Source: a virus. From it: a stretch of DNA of 64,000 bases. A program made the translations under genes and the position numbers. Location: the IMG/VR virus record IMGVR_UViG_3300037963_003719, positions 32,001-96,000 of that record. One strand, given 5' to 3'. Below the pieces are notes generated by a model. The model had not been told where the DNA came from and made no database searches. It worked only from the letters and a program-made list of their open reading frames with translations. The first letter of the stretch is position 1. Each line of letters starts with the position of its first letter. Shown here in pieces: positions 54,522 through 64,000 of the stretch.

Positions 54522-56994
54522 TGTTTTTTTGACTGGAGATAAAATTCTCTATATTGGATACGAAGATGGTCAACGTGTCCAGTATGAGCAGAGTTTTTCT
54601 CCAGTTCTTTTTGCTCAGTGTAATAAGAAAACAGAATACAAAACTCTTGAGGGCAGTTATGCTCATAAACTAGAGTTTAATTCTGTTAAGGATGCCAGAC
54701 AATTTATTGATGAGTACAAACAGGTAGAGAACTTTAAGATCTACGGTAATGACAGATTTCTCTATCAGTATATTAGTACTGAGTTTCCTGAAGAACGTAT
54801 TGAATATGACACTACACAATTAAAGGTCTACACAATTGATATTGAGACCACTTCTGAGAATGGTTTTCCTAATGTTGGGGAAACTGCAGAAGAGATTCTT
54901 TGTCTTACCATCAAAGATTTTACCAGTAAGAAACTAATCGTATGGGGAACACGTGAGTATCAACATTCACGTGATGATGTTGAGTATCGTGTCTTCTGGA
55001 AAGAAGAAGATATGCTCAAAGATTTTCTAGCATGGTGGGCACAAAACACACCTGATATCCTTACTGGTTGGAATGTAAAACTGTTCGACGTACCATACAT
55101 TTGTCGTCGAGTAGAACGTATACTTTCTTCCAAGTATATGAAGTCCCTTTCTCCATGGAATAAAGTATATGAAAAAGAAGTTGAAATCAAAGGACGTAAT
55201 CAGTTTGTTTACGATATCATTGGTGTCAGTGTTCTTGACTATCTTGATCTTTATCAGAAGTTTACATATACTAATCAAGAGTCCTATCGACTGGATCATA
55301 TTGCCAGTGTGGAACTAGGTCAAAAGAAACTAGATCACTCTGAGTTTGAAACCTTCAAAGATTTCTATACTCAAGATTGGCAAAAGTTTGTAACTTATAA
55401 CATCCATGACGTGGAACTGGTTGACCGTCTTGAAGATAAGATGAAATTGATTGATCTCGCTGTCAATCTTGCCTATGATGCTAAGGTCAATTTTGAAGAT
55501 GTCTACTACCAGGTACGTATGTGGGATAGCATCATCTATAATTATCTTACACCTAAAGGTATTGTTGTACCCCCTAACGAAAGAAATGACAAAGATGCAA
55601 AGTACGCTGGTGCGTATGTTAAAGAACCTGTTCCAGGACTTTATGAGTGGGTGGTTAGTTTTGACCTCAACTCCCTATACCCTCACCTCATTATGCAGTA
55701 CAACATCTCGCCAGAAACGCTACTACCTACGAGACACCCGTCAGCAACGGTAGATAGAGTTCTGGAACAAGAGATCACCATTGATGGTGAGTATTGTGTA
55801 TGTGCCAACGGGGCACAGTATAGAAAAGATGTTCGTGGTTTTCTTCCAGAACTTATGGAGAAGATCTATAACGAACGTAAGATCTATAAGAAAAAGATGC
55901 TCCAAGCAAAACAAGAAAATGAAAAGAATCCTAGTCCACAATTGGTCAAGGACATTTCAAAATTCAATAACATCCAGATGGCACGTAAGATTCAACTTAA
56001 CAGTGCTTATGGTGCTATTGGGAATCAGTATTTCAGGTATTACAAGCTTGCCAACGCAGAGGCGATCACACTTTCTGGTCAGGTCTCCATCCGTTGGATT
56101 GAGAACAAGATGAATGCCTACCTAAATAACCTGTTAAAAACGGAGGATGTAGATTATGTCATCGCATCTGACACTGACTCAATCTATCTTAATCTTGGAC
56201 CTCTCGTTACTAAATTTTTTAGTAATCGTATTGGCGATAAAGCAGCAATTGTCTCTATACTTAATAAGGTCTGCCAAGAAAAACTGGAACCTTTTATTGA
56301 ATGTTCATATAAGGAACTTGCGGATTACGTTTCGGCATATGATCAAAAAATGATTATGAAACGTGAGAACATCGCTGACAAAGGTATTTGGACTGCCAAG
56401 AAGCGATACATTCTCAACGTGTGGGACAGCGAAGGTGTTCGCTATGCAGAACCAAAACTCAAGATGATGGGTATTGAGGCAGTTAAATCTTCTACACCTG
56501 CACCGTGTAGAAATAAAATTAAAGAAGCACTCAATATTATCATGACTCAAACTGAAGAAGATGTCATACGATTCATTGACAAATTTAAAGAAGAGTTCTT
56601 TAGTATGCCACCAGAGGACATTGCATTCCCTCGTAGCGTCAACGGGTTGACAAAATGGTCAGATCCTGTTACGCTATACAAGAAAAGTTGTCCCATTCAC
56701 GTGAGGGGAGCATTGCTCTACAATTTTCAATTGAAGAAGCGTAAACTGACTTATAAGTATCCTTTGATTCAAGAAGGAGAAAAGATTAAGTTCTGTTACT
56801 TACAAAAACCAAACACTGTTGGAGAGAATGTAATCTCATTCATCTCTAACTTCCCTACAGAAATCGACATTCATAAGAACGTCGATTACAAATTGCAGTT
56901 TGAAAAATCATTCCTATACCCACTCAAGATTATTCTTGATGCTATTGGATGGAAAACTGAAAAAGAAGTTAACCTGGAGTTTTTATTCGGATGA
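54502..56994 (+). CDS. gp43: DNA polymerase family B gp43
   Basis: DIET exo I, SFDLNSLYP, KIQLNSAYG, SDTDS, KKRY. Confidence 0.99.
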   Translation: MMKFYSNVFLTGDKILYIGYEDGQRVQYEQSFSPVLFAQCNKKTEYKTLEGSYAHKLEFNSVKDARQFIDEYKQVENFKIYGNDRFLYQYISTEFPEERIEYDTTQLKVYTIDIETTSENGFPNVGETAEEILCLTIKDFTSKKLIVWGTREYQHSRDDVEYRVFWKEEDMLKDFLAWWAQNTPDILTGWNVKLFDVPYICRRVERILSSKYMKSLSPWNKVYEKEVEIKGRNQFVYDIIGVSVLDYLDLYQKFTYTNQESYRLDHIASVELGQKKLDHSEFETFKDFYTQDWQKFVTYNIHDVELVDRLEDKMKLIDLAVNLAYDAKVNFEDVYYQVRMWDSIIYNYLTPKGIVVPPNERNDKDAKYAGAYVKEPVPGLYEWVVSFDLNSLYPHLIMQYNISPETLLPTRHPSATVDRVLEQEITIDGEYCVCANGAQYRKDVRGFLPELMEKIYNERKIYKKKMLQAKQENEKNPSPQLVKDISKFNNIQMARKIQLNSAYGAIGNQYFRYYKLANAEAITLSGQVSIRWIENKMNAYLNNLLKTEDVDYVIASDTDSIYLNLGPLVTKFFSNRIGDKAAIVSILNKVCQEKLEPFIECSYKELADYVSAYDQKMIMKRENIADKGIWTAKKRYILNVWDSEGVRYAEPKLKMMGIEAVKSSTPAPCRNKIKEALNIIMTQTEEDVIRFIDKFKEEFFSMPPEDIAFPRSVNGLTKWSDPVTLYKKSCPIHVRGALLYNFQLKKRKLTYKYPLIQEGEKIKFCYLQKPNTVGENVISFISNFPTEIDIHKNVDYKLQFEKSFLYPLKIILDAIGWKTEKEVNLEFLFG

Positions 56995-58013
56995 GTATTT
57001 TTGACACACTTGCTAAAGAAGCAAAAAATGATTATGCCAAACTTGTATCTGATGGTATTATTACTGGTGACCAACAAACTTTTATTGGTACTGGATCTTA
57101 CATCCTCAACGCTATGTTGAGTGGGAGTGTCCATGGTGGCATTCCTGATAATCGTGTAACTGCTATTGCTGGTGAACAAGCAACTGGTAAAACATTCTAT
57201 GCAATTGCAATCGCTAAAAACTTTCTTGATACTAATCCTGATGGTGCAGTTTTCTATTTTGATAGTGAAGCTGCCGCTACAGCGGATCTTTTCAAGGACC
57301 GTGGACTCGACTCAAATCGAGTATGGCATTTCCCAGTAGATACTATTGAAGAGTTTCGTACTCAAATCATTCGTATCTTAGACAATCTGCTTAAGACAGA
57401 TGAATCAGAACGTAAACCTTTGTTGATTGTTCTTGACTCACTTGGTATGCTTGCATCTGCAAAAGAACTTACGGATGCTCTAGATGATAAACAAGTTCGT
57501 GACATGACTAAATCACAAGTTCTCAAGTCAGTGTTCAGAATTATCACTAGTAAACTGGGCAAACTAAAAGTTCCTATGGTTGTTACTAACCACACATACA
57601 AGACGATGAATCCTTATGGTGAGGCATCGGATATGGGTGGTGGTAGTGGACTTAAGTATGCTGCTTCTACAATCATGTATCTTACCAAATCAAAAGAGAA
57701 AGATGGAACTGATGTTGTAGGTAGTATTATTAAAGTCAAGGCAAACAAATCTCGTTTCACAAAGGAGAATTCACAAGTTGCAACACGACTTTATTACGAC
57801 GCACGTGGTCTGGACAAATATTACGGACTACTGGAATTGGGTGAGAAATACGGAGTATTCACCCGTAAGGGGAATCGTGTCGTCGTCGGTGAATCTTCTG
57901 TTTATCCTTCTGCTATTCTCAAGGATCCTGAGAAGTATTTCACCGAAGAAATAATGGAGAAACTTGATTGGGCAGCATCACAAGAATTTAAATATGGATC
58001 TGAAACGACTTGA
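56991..58013 (+). CDS. uvsX: RecA-like recombinase UvsX
   Basis: AGEQATGKT, LDSLGML, GGGSGLKYAAS. Confidence 0.96.
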   Translation: MSIFDTLAKEAKNDYAKLVSDGIITGDQQTFIGTGSYILNAMLSGSVHGGIPDNRVTAIAGEQATGKTFYAIAIAKNFLDTNPDGAVFYFDSEAAATADLFKDRGLDSNRVWHFPVDTIEEFRTQIIRILDNLLKTDESERKPLLIVLDSLGMLASAKELTDALDDKQVRDMTKSQVLKSVFRIITSKLGKLKVPMVVTNHTYKTMNPYGEASDMGGGSGLKYAASTIMYLTKSKEKDGTDVVGSIIKVKANKSRFTKENSQVATRLYYDARGLDKYYGLLELGEKYGVFTRKGNRVVVGESSVYPSAILKDPEKYFTEEIMEKLDWAASQEFKYGSETT

Positions 58014-58533
58014 TGATTACATTAAGGTTTACGATAACGTAATACCTAGTGCTATATGCCAAGAGATTATTAGACACTACAAGAACTCTAATGCAGAGTT
58101 TGTAAATAATAATCTCCGACCTAAATTTCATCACCTGACACTAGCACCAGATATGTCTAAGGATCTTTTAGAGATGGTTAGACCATACTTGGTAACGTAT
58201 GCTAACAGTACAGGGTTGACAGAATGGATACCTAAGCAGTATGCTGTTGAGGACTTTCGAGTAAAGAGGTACAGGAAAGGCACAGACGATCAGTTTGCTC
58301 CTCACGTTGACGTAGGAGATCATGCAAGTGCTAGACGTTTTTTAGCATTTTTCATGTATCTCAATACAGTTGGCGAAGGTGGAGAAACTGAGTTTGTTAG
58401 TATTAACAAACGAGTAAAACCAAAACAGGGTCGCCTGTTGATATTCCCACCATTATGGACTTTTCCACACCAAGGAAAACCTGTAGTGAGTGGTGACAAA
58501 TACATTCTAGGTTCGTATTTACATTACACATGA
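57994..58533 (+). CDS. 2OG-Fe(II) oxygenase
   Basis: HVD..YLN..GGETEF..FPPLWTFPH.G..KY. Confidence 0.9.
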   Translation: MDLKRLDDYIKVYDNVIPSAICQEIIRHYKNSNAEFVNNNLRPKFHHLTLAPDMSKDLLEMVRPYLVTYANSTGLTEWIPKQYAVEDFRVKRYRKGTDDQFAPHVDVGDHASARRFLAFFMYLNTVGEGGETEFVSINKRVKPKQGRLLIFPPLWTFPHQGKPVVSGDKYILGSYLHYT

Positions 58534-59894
58534 ATTCACTTGAGTTTACAATTCTAAGGAACTTGGTTACTAACGATGAGTATCGTCGTCAAGTATATCC
58601 ATACTTAAAAACGGAATACTTTGAGAGTGACTATAACACAGTGTTGTTTACTCTAATCTCTGAATTTATTTCTAAGTATGAGAAGTGTCCTACAAAAGAA
58701 TCTCTTGAGGTAGATCTTTATAATAAAAAGAATATCTCTGATGAGACCTTTACCAATGTCATGACACTCATAGGAGAACTAGATCCTGATGGTTGTGATT
58801 ATAAATGGTTAATAGATTCAACAGAAGAGTGGTGTCGTAATCGTGCAATCTATCTTTCTCTACTTGAGAGTATTCAGATTGCAGATGGTAACGATAAAGA
58901 AAAGGATATGGGTGCTATCCCTGCTATCCTTTCTGAAGCAATCGCTGTTTCTTTTGACAACAAAATTGGTCATGATTACCTAGATGATTATCAGGAACGA
59001 TTTGAATTCTACAATCGTGTAGAGAACAAGATTCCTTTTGATCTGACAATGCTTAACAAGATTACTAAAGGTGGTCTTACAAGTAAGTCATTGACTGTTG
59101 CATTGGCAGGAACTGGTGTTGGTAAATCTTTGTTCATGTGTCATGTTGCAGCAGCAGCATTACTACAAGGCAAAAATGTTTTGTACATCACTTGTGAAAT
59201 GTCAGAAGAAAAGATTGCAGAACGTATTGACGCTAACTTACTAAACGTTCCTATCCAAGACCTTGCTGGATTACCAGAACAGTTGTATCAGAACAAGGTT
59301 ACTAATCTGATGAAGAAGACAAATGGTAAACTTATCATTAAGGAGTATCCTACTGCATCTGCCCATGTGGGACATTTTAGGTCTCTTCTTAATGATCTTT
59401 CTCTTAAGAGAAGTTTTAGACCCGATCTTATCTTTGTGGATTACCTTAATATTTGCACTTCACAGAGATTCAAAGCATCGTTTGTCAACTCATATACCTT
59501 GGTTAAAGGTATTGCAGAAGAACTTCGTGGTCTCGCTGTGGAGTACAGTGTGCCAATCGTATCTGCTACTCAAACCACTCGTAGCGGTTACGGCAGCACT
59601 GATGTTGACCTTACTGACACTTCTGAATCCTTTGGTCTCCCTGCTACTGCTGATCTTATGTTTGCCCTTATTAGCACTGAAGAGTCGGAGCAGTTGGGAC
59701 AGATACTGGTAAAACAATTAAAGAATAGATACAACGATATCACGGTTAATAAAAGGTTCGCCGTGGGTATTGACAGATCGAAGATGAGGTTGTATGATTG
59801 TGAGCAATCTGCTCAGGACAACTTCCTCGACGCAGGTGATGACAATGATGAACCACCCACTAACAAAAACAAATTTGGAGGATTTTCCTTTTGA
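58530..59894 (+). CDS. gp41: Replicative helicase gp41
   Basis: LAGTGVGKSL, IKEYPT, VDYLNI, SESFGLPATAD, KQLKNRY. Confidence 0.97.
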   Translation: MNSLEFTILRNLVTNDEYRRQVYPYLKTEYFESDYNTVLFTLISEFISKYEKCPTKESLEVDLYNKKNISDETFTNVMTLIGELDPDGCDYKWLIDSTEEWCRNRAIYLSLLESIQIADGNDKEKDMGAIPAILSEAIAVSFDNKIGHDYLDDYQERFEFYNRVENKIPFDLTMLNKITKGGLTSKSLTVALAGTGVGKSLFMCHVAAAALLQGKNVLYITCEMSEEKIAERIDANLLNVPIQDLAGLPEQLYQNKVTNLMKKTNGKLIIKEYPTASAHVGHFRSLLNDLSLKRSFRPDLIFVDYLNICTSQRFKASFVNSYTLVKGIAEELRGLAVEYSVPIVSATQTTRSGYGSTDVDLTDTSESFGLPATADLMFALISTEESEQLGQILVKQLKNRYNDITVNKRFAVGIDRSKMRLYDCEQSAQDNFLDAGDDNDEPPTNKNKFGGFSF

Positions 59895-60301
59895 CTAGGC
59901 ACATTGATTTTAATCGGTATGAACAGTTTGTTTCAGCAGTTACTTCAGAAGCTTCTACAAACTTTGTTGATTTCGCTGACCGTATTGGTGATCTTGATCG
60001 ACAAGGTGCCAATATTGAGAGATTGCTTACTTCTGGTGTTGGAATTAATGCTGAGGGCGGTGAGTTCCTTGAGATCATTAAGAAAATGGTGTTCCAAGGA
60101 AAACCGTGGAACGAAGATAATCGTGAGCATCTTATTATTGAGTTGGGTGATATCATGTGGTACGTTGCTCAGGCATGTATGGCACTTGAAGTATCATTCG
60201 ACGATGTAATTGCCACCAATGTTAAGAAACTGGAGAAGCGTTATCCTGAAGGAACGTTTGATGTTTACTTCTCCGAGAATCGTAAGGCAGGCGATCGGTA
60301 A
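59891..60301 (+). CDS. mazG: MazG nucleotide pyrophosphohydrolase
   Basis: AEGGEFLEIIKK..ELGDIMWYVAQAC..NVKKLEKRYP. Confidence 0.93.
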   Translation: MTRHIDFNRYEQFVSAVTSEASTNFVDFADRIGDLDRQGANIERLLTSGVGINAEGGEFLEIIKKMVFQGKPWNEDNREHLIIELGDIMWYVAQACMALEVSFDDVIATNVKKLEKRYPEGTFDVYFSENRKAGDR

Positions 60302-60328
60302 TACTTTAATAAATACTTGCAAAAACCC

Positions 60329-61072
60329 ATGCGAGTAATTAAGCAAGGCACGGTAGTTGATAGTAATGAGAATGCTGCCTATAGTTTCTTCTCTAGAAAT
60401 AAAGAGAGATTCAATGACATCATTCTTTCTTCTACTGGTAAGAAAATATCACTACCAGGAGTTAAAGAGATATTGTTTGTAGGTGGAGAAACTTCAAGTG
60501 GTGCAGGTTCAGTATCTAAAACAGATATTAGAATCGTTCACTCTGAAGGCACCTACAATATTTCTTTAAAGAAAAGAAGTTTTGCTGCCTGGCAATCTGT
60601 TGACACCCTTGCAGGAGATCGTATTTCAGAAAAGATCCTTGGTTATCTTATGGATGATCTTAATGGATTGGGAGGTAATAGAACATTTGATATAATCTCT
60701 TACACTGATGGTGGTAAAATTAAGTATAAGATTGTTAAAAAGAGAACTGATTCTACAACTAAGATTGCTTTTAAATGTAGTAGGACAGATGCAAGCACTG
60801 TTATATTTGGCACTGATATTATGGGTAAAGGATCTGTAGTTACTGCTGAATTTCCAGGAGCATGTTTATTGAAAGAAGATGTTCTTACAATTAGATGTGC
60901 TAGCATAATCGAAACCATGTCAGATGTTAAGTCAGATCTATATCCTTACTTTTCAATCAAAAGTTCTTTCTCATCAAAAACTAGAAACACTCATAGATTT
61001 CCTGGATTGCGAGCACAAGCAGTGCCTAAAAAAGAATTGAAAGGTTCTGTAGAGTTTTTACCAGAATTATAA
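60329..61072 (+). CDS. Putative PD-(D/E)xK-like nuclease-fold protein
   Basis: SKTDIRI..YNISLKK motif; TAAATA upstream. Confidence 0.5.
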   Translation: MRVIKQGTVVDSNENAAYSFFSRNKERFNDIILSSTGKKISLPGVKEILFVGGETSSGAGSVSKTDIRIVHSEGTYNISLKKRSFAAWQSVDTLAGDRISEKILGYLMDDLNGLGGNRTFDIISYTDGGKIKYKIVKKRTDSTTKIAFKCSRTDASTVIFGTDIMGKGSVVTAEFPGACLLKEDVLTIRCASIIETMSDVKSDLYPYFSIKSSFSSKTRNTHRFPGLRAQAVPKKELKGSVEFLPEL

Positions 61073-61101
61073 ATAACTTGTACGAACAGTGAACCTATTT
61101 G

Positions 61102-62430
61102 ATGGAATTTAGTAACTTCAATAAACAAGCAAAACAGACCTCGTATAGACATGGAAATCTATACGAGGTTGGTTCGTATGTGCAGAATTCAGATGGTGAT
61201 GTGGGAAAAGTACACAGACGTGGACCAAATTATGTAATTGCTTTATCTGATGATGGTGATATGTTTAGAGCATGGGTAAGTGACATCAAAGAATATAAAC
61301 AATGGAATGCTTCTGGTGCTACTGCTGACCATCGATTGGTAGGAACTGATGCTAATCGTAAATTCTTGGAGAAAATGACTCCTGGACATGACTACGATAT
61401 GTGGAAAAAACCTGCTGAAGTCAATAGACGTATAAATAAAACTAAACCGATTAAAGAAGAGACGATGACTGCTAATGTAAGATTGTCTGCGTGGATGCTG
61501 GGTTTATCTCTGGCAGAGCAGCAGGAAATTGCATCTAAAATGGACAGAATCATCCTTGATGGTGATGTAATTGAAGGAATTTTGGAATCATTCAATACAG
61601 AAAGGACACAAGATCTTGCTGCTGAGTATGCAAGTATTGTTTCTGGTGAAGACCTTTCAGAAGGACTGAAGCAAGCACGTAAGAACGTTGGTGCTTCTAA
61701 GTGCTGGGATGGTTATAAGGCACAAGGAACTAAAATGAAAGGTGGTAAGTCAGTTCCTAACTGTGTGAAGGAAGAGGAAGAAGAACTGGAAGAAGGTAAG
61801 AAAGGTCTCTATGCAAATATTCACGCTAAGAGAAAGCGTGGTGAGAAGATGCGTAGTAAGGGTGATGAAGGTGCTCCTACTGATAAAGCATTCAGAGATT
61901 CTGAGAAGACCGCTAAGGAAGAAGTCGAGTATGTAGAAGAGAAGAAGAAACTTGATCCTGTCGGCAAAGAAGATGGTGATGTCGATAATGATGGTGACAA
62001 GGACGCATCTGATGCTTATCTGATGAAGAGACGTGGTGCTGTCTCTGCTGCTATTAAGGCAAAGAAAGGAACTAAAAAAGAAGGTTTCTCTGATTGGAGA
62101 ACTGAACTCATTGAGAAAGATGTTAAGGGTGTAGAAGTTAATCCTTCTATTAATGATGCAACTGACCCAATGGGTGTATATGATAAGAACAAGAAACTGA
62201 AAGGTGCTAATAAAAATGGAGAGGTTAAGTCAGTGAAAAAAGAAGAAGCAGAGTGTGGTTGTGACAAAGATGATGATGGTTCTGAAAAGGCACTCGCTAA
62301 GAAAGCAACCAAAGTCAAGCGTGTTAAGTATCAAGATGGTGTAACTGAAGGTTATACTTATGAGAGTATCCAAGATGTCAATGAGTCACTCAGAGCAAAC
62401 ATCGAGGAATTAAAAGCACTCTATCTTTGA
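61102..62430 (+). CDS. Mosaic, highly charged late protein (probable internal head protein)
   Basis: SH3/KOW-like N-terminus; short modules CWDGYK..VPNCVKEE, GLYANIHAKR and LDPVGKEDGDVDNDGD separated by LxE sites. Confidence 0.6.
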   Translation: MEFSNFNKQAKQTSYRHGNLYEVGSYVQNSDGDVGKVHRRGPNYVIALSDDGDMFRAWVSDIKEYKQWNASGATADHRLVGTDANRKFLEKMTPGHDYDMWKKPAEVNRRINKTKPIKEETMTANVRLSAWMLGLSLAEQQEIASKMDRIILDGDVIEGILESFNTERTQDLAAEYASIVSGEDLSEGLKQARKNVGASKCWDGYKAQGTKMKGGKSVPNCVKEEEEELEEGKKGLYANIHAKRKRGEKMRSKGDEGAPTDKAFRDSEKTAKEEVEYVEEKKKLDPVGKEDGDVDNDGDKDASDAYLMKRRGAVSAAIKAKKGTKKEGFSDWRTELIEKDVKGVEVNPSINDATDPMGVYDKNKKLKGANKNGEVKSVKKEEAECGCDKDDDGSEKALAKKATKVKRVKYQDGVTEGYTYESIQDVNESLRANIEELKALYL

Positions 62431-62458
62431 TATATAAGATAACCCTTATTTTTTAATC

Positions 62459-62662
62459 ATGGTAAAACTATTACTTCCACTTGCAATCAAAGTAATTGAT
62501 GCTGCGGTCGATGCAATCCCAGAAAACATGGATGAAATCATCAAAAGATTTCTGATTGGACTTGCAAAAAAGGCAGTATCTAGAACTGATAATACTGTAG
62601 ATGATCAACTAGTAGCAGCACTAGAAGCGGCACTCTTTCCTCCAGCATCCGAGGAAGGTTGA
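62459..62662 (+). CDS. Small hypothetical protein
   Basis: 67-aa ORF with TDNTVDD motif, followed by a terminator. Confidence 0.65.
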   Translation: MVKLLLPLAIKVIDAAVDAIPENMDEIIKRFLIGLAKKAVSRTDNTVDDQLVAALEAALFPPASEEG

Positions 62663-62666
62663 TCCT

Positions 62667-62698
62667 GAGGAGGGGTAACCCTCCTTTTTTTATAAATA
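62667..62698 (+). terminator. Intrinsic terminator abutting late promoter TATAAATA (62691-62698)
   Basis: AGGAGGG-GTAA-CCCTCCT followed by a T run. Confidence 0.85.
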
Positions 62699-62740
62699 TC
62701 TCTATAACGCAATCAACACGTATATTAGGAGTTTTTAACA

Positions 62741-63313
62741 ATGCCTCTCTGGGGAAAAACCGAATCGGACGAATCAAAACCAAAGTGGTTGGACCGTGTT
62801 AATAAGAATGGACTTGCTGAAGATTGCTTTGCAACTGAGCAAGGATGGGTCCTTCGCCATTACAAAGGTACTGACAAGAACACTGCACGTTATTGGGATG
62901 AACTCCTGGTAGCAATTGGCGGTCTTGCTGGTGGCACTTCTGCAACAACTCTCCTCGGTGAGGCAGATGTTACTGCTGTATTCTTTGAGCAGGAAGCACT
63001 TTCACAAGGCGACACTGGAACCGTCGTTGTTATCTACAACGAGCAAGTTGATGTAACTGCTGGTGCAACCCTTGCTGTTACTGGTTCTGTAACTGGTGCT
63101 GTCACTGCAACTTATGCACGTGGAACTGGATCAAACCGTCTTGAGTTTGACTTCACCGTTCCTTCACAAGCAGAAGTTCTTTCTATCGCTGATCAAACTA
63201 TCAGTGGTACTATTGAAGACAAAGGTACTTCAGTTGCTTCTGAAAAAGCATTTGCTGGTAAAACAATTGGTGCTGGCGGATCTGGTACTGACCTAACTCT
63301 CACTATCTCGTAA
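62741..63313 (+). CDS. Virion structural protein with an Ig-like C-terminal domain
   Basis: Late promoter, AGGAG SD, MPLWGK start, YNEQVDVT..GTGSNRLEF pattern. Confidence 0.65.
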   Translation: MPLWGKTESDESKPKWLDRVNKNGLAEDCFATEQGWVLRHYKGTDKNTARYWDELLVAIGGLAGGTSATTLLGEADVTAVFFEQEALSQGDTGTVVVIYNEQVDVTAGATLAVTGSVTGAVTATYARGTGSNRLEFDFTVPSQAEVLSIADQTISGTIEDKGTSVASEKAFAGKTIGAGGSGTDLTLTIS

Positions 63314-63319
63314 TAATGT

Positions 63320-63685
63320 ATGAAGTTTACTGAATTGAATGAGGACAACTACCTCTTTTTTGCTATTAAATATTATGATAATCCTCAAGCAGTAACGAAA
63401 GAGGACTTTTATGATGACCTTAAACGATTTAAGTATCTGAAAAGGTTGCTCAAAACTTACATTAAGACGGGCAACCTTAAACTTCATTTGATTTTAAATC
63501 ATATGATTATCATTTACAATGTTTTTGGTGAGGCAGCAACACCGCTGCTGTTCTATAAAATTTCAAATGAATATTGGTCTATTATGAAAAGTTTTATGGT
63601 TTATCTAAATAGATATCCCATATGCAATACCCTTGACCATATAGAACTGGATAAATATTGTATAGAGCAATTGCAACAACTATGA
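63320..63685 (+). CDS. Conserved T4-like hypothetical protein
   Basis: FAIKYYDNP..DDLKRFKY.KRL..LILNH.II.YNVFG. Confidence 0.8.
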   Translation: MKFTELNEDNYLFFAIKYYDNPQAVTKEDFYDDLKRFKYLKRLLKTYIKTGNLKLHLILNHMIIIYNVFGEAATPLLFYKISNEYWSIMKSFMVYLNRYPICNTLDHIELDKYCIEQLQQL

Positions 63686-64000
63686 AGGTGTTCACTTTAA
63701 AAATGAATGGTAGGGTATACACTGAAGAAGTGCCTACGATGAGTGCATCTAGTGGTGCAATCGCTGGTCTTCCACCTGACGAACCACCTGTTAGGAAAAG
63801 GAAACGCAAATTTAAAACTGATATTTTTCAAAGGATTAGAAACGCTCGCTTAAAAGAACAAACCATGGAAGATCAAAACATCATCTCTGAAGCAGATAAC
63901 TCAAACACTGAGGTATCTTCTGCCATGCGTATGATTCAAACCAAACGCAAACTTCAGAAGAAGCAAGAACGTGAAAAGCGTGCTGCAAATCGTAAGCAAG
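63682..64000 (+). CDS. Hypothetical protein, 3'-truncated by the window edge
   Basis: ATGA overlap; frame MKVFTLKMNGRVYTEEVPTM..IAGLPPDEPPV stays open to the end. Confidence 0.65.
   Translation, partial: MKVFTLKMNGRVYTEEVPTMSASSGAIAGLPPDEPPVRKRKRKFKTDIFQRIRNARLKEQTMEDQNIISEADNSNTEVSSAMRMIQTKRKLQKKQEREKRAANRKQ

Noticed and set aside
22871-59894. Possible introns or inteins in gp17, uvsW, gp46, gp43, uvsX and gp41
   Set aside because: All are uninterrupted, of normal length, and lack intein or LAGLIDADG motifs.
1-64000. tRNA genes, CRISPR arrays, diversity-generating retroelement, IS elements
   Set aside because: No cloverleaf, repeat-spacer array, reverse transcriptase or transposase was recognised by eye; tRNAscan-SE and repeat finders were not run.

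Overview
This 64 kb window is from a T4-like marine cyanomyovirus (a Synechococcus/Prochlorococcus phage of Kyanoviridae type). It is AT-rich and almost entirely + strand coded. In order it contains: a tail-fibre/structural block including a 3474-aa giant protein; neck, terminase, tail and head genes (gp13-gp23, gp3); uvsY/uvsW, gp55, gp47/46; a VWA-peptidase, a CobS/MoxR ATPase and pebS; gp45/44, a nuclease plus Dam methylase, gp62 and regA; a convergent seven-gene cassette of membrane and secreted proteins; hsp20, Sm-like proteins and a nucleotidyltransferase; gp43, uvsX, gp41, mazG and late internal/structural genes. The most striking observation is four phycobiliprotein-like repeats in the giant virion protein. 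They keep Cys residues matching both bilin-attachment sites of beta-phycocyanin (beta84 CxxD and beta155), in a genome that also encodes the bilin synthase PebS. Other leads are the late envelope cassette (with a probable AUA start), a ROSE-like thermometer on hsp20, a candidate pseudoknot sRNA, a perfect antisense sigma70 promoter beside gp55, and an NtcA box upstream of an unannotated 57-aa gene. No tRNA, rRNA, CRISPR array, intron or intein was recognised. All homology calls are by-eye motif recognition; no database searches were run.
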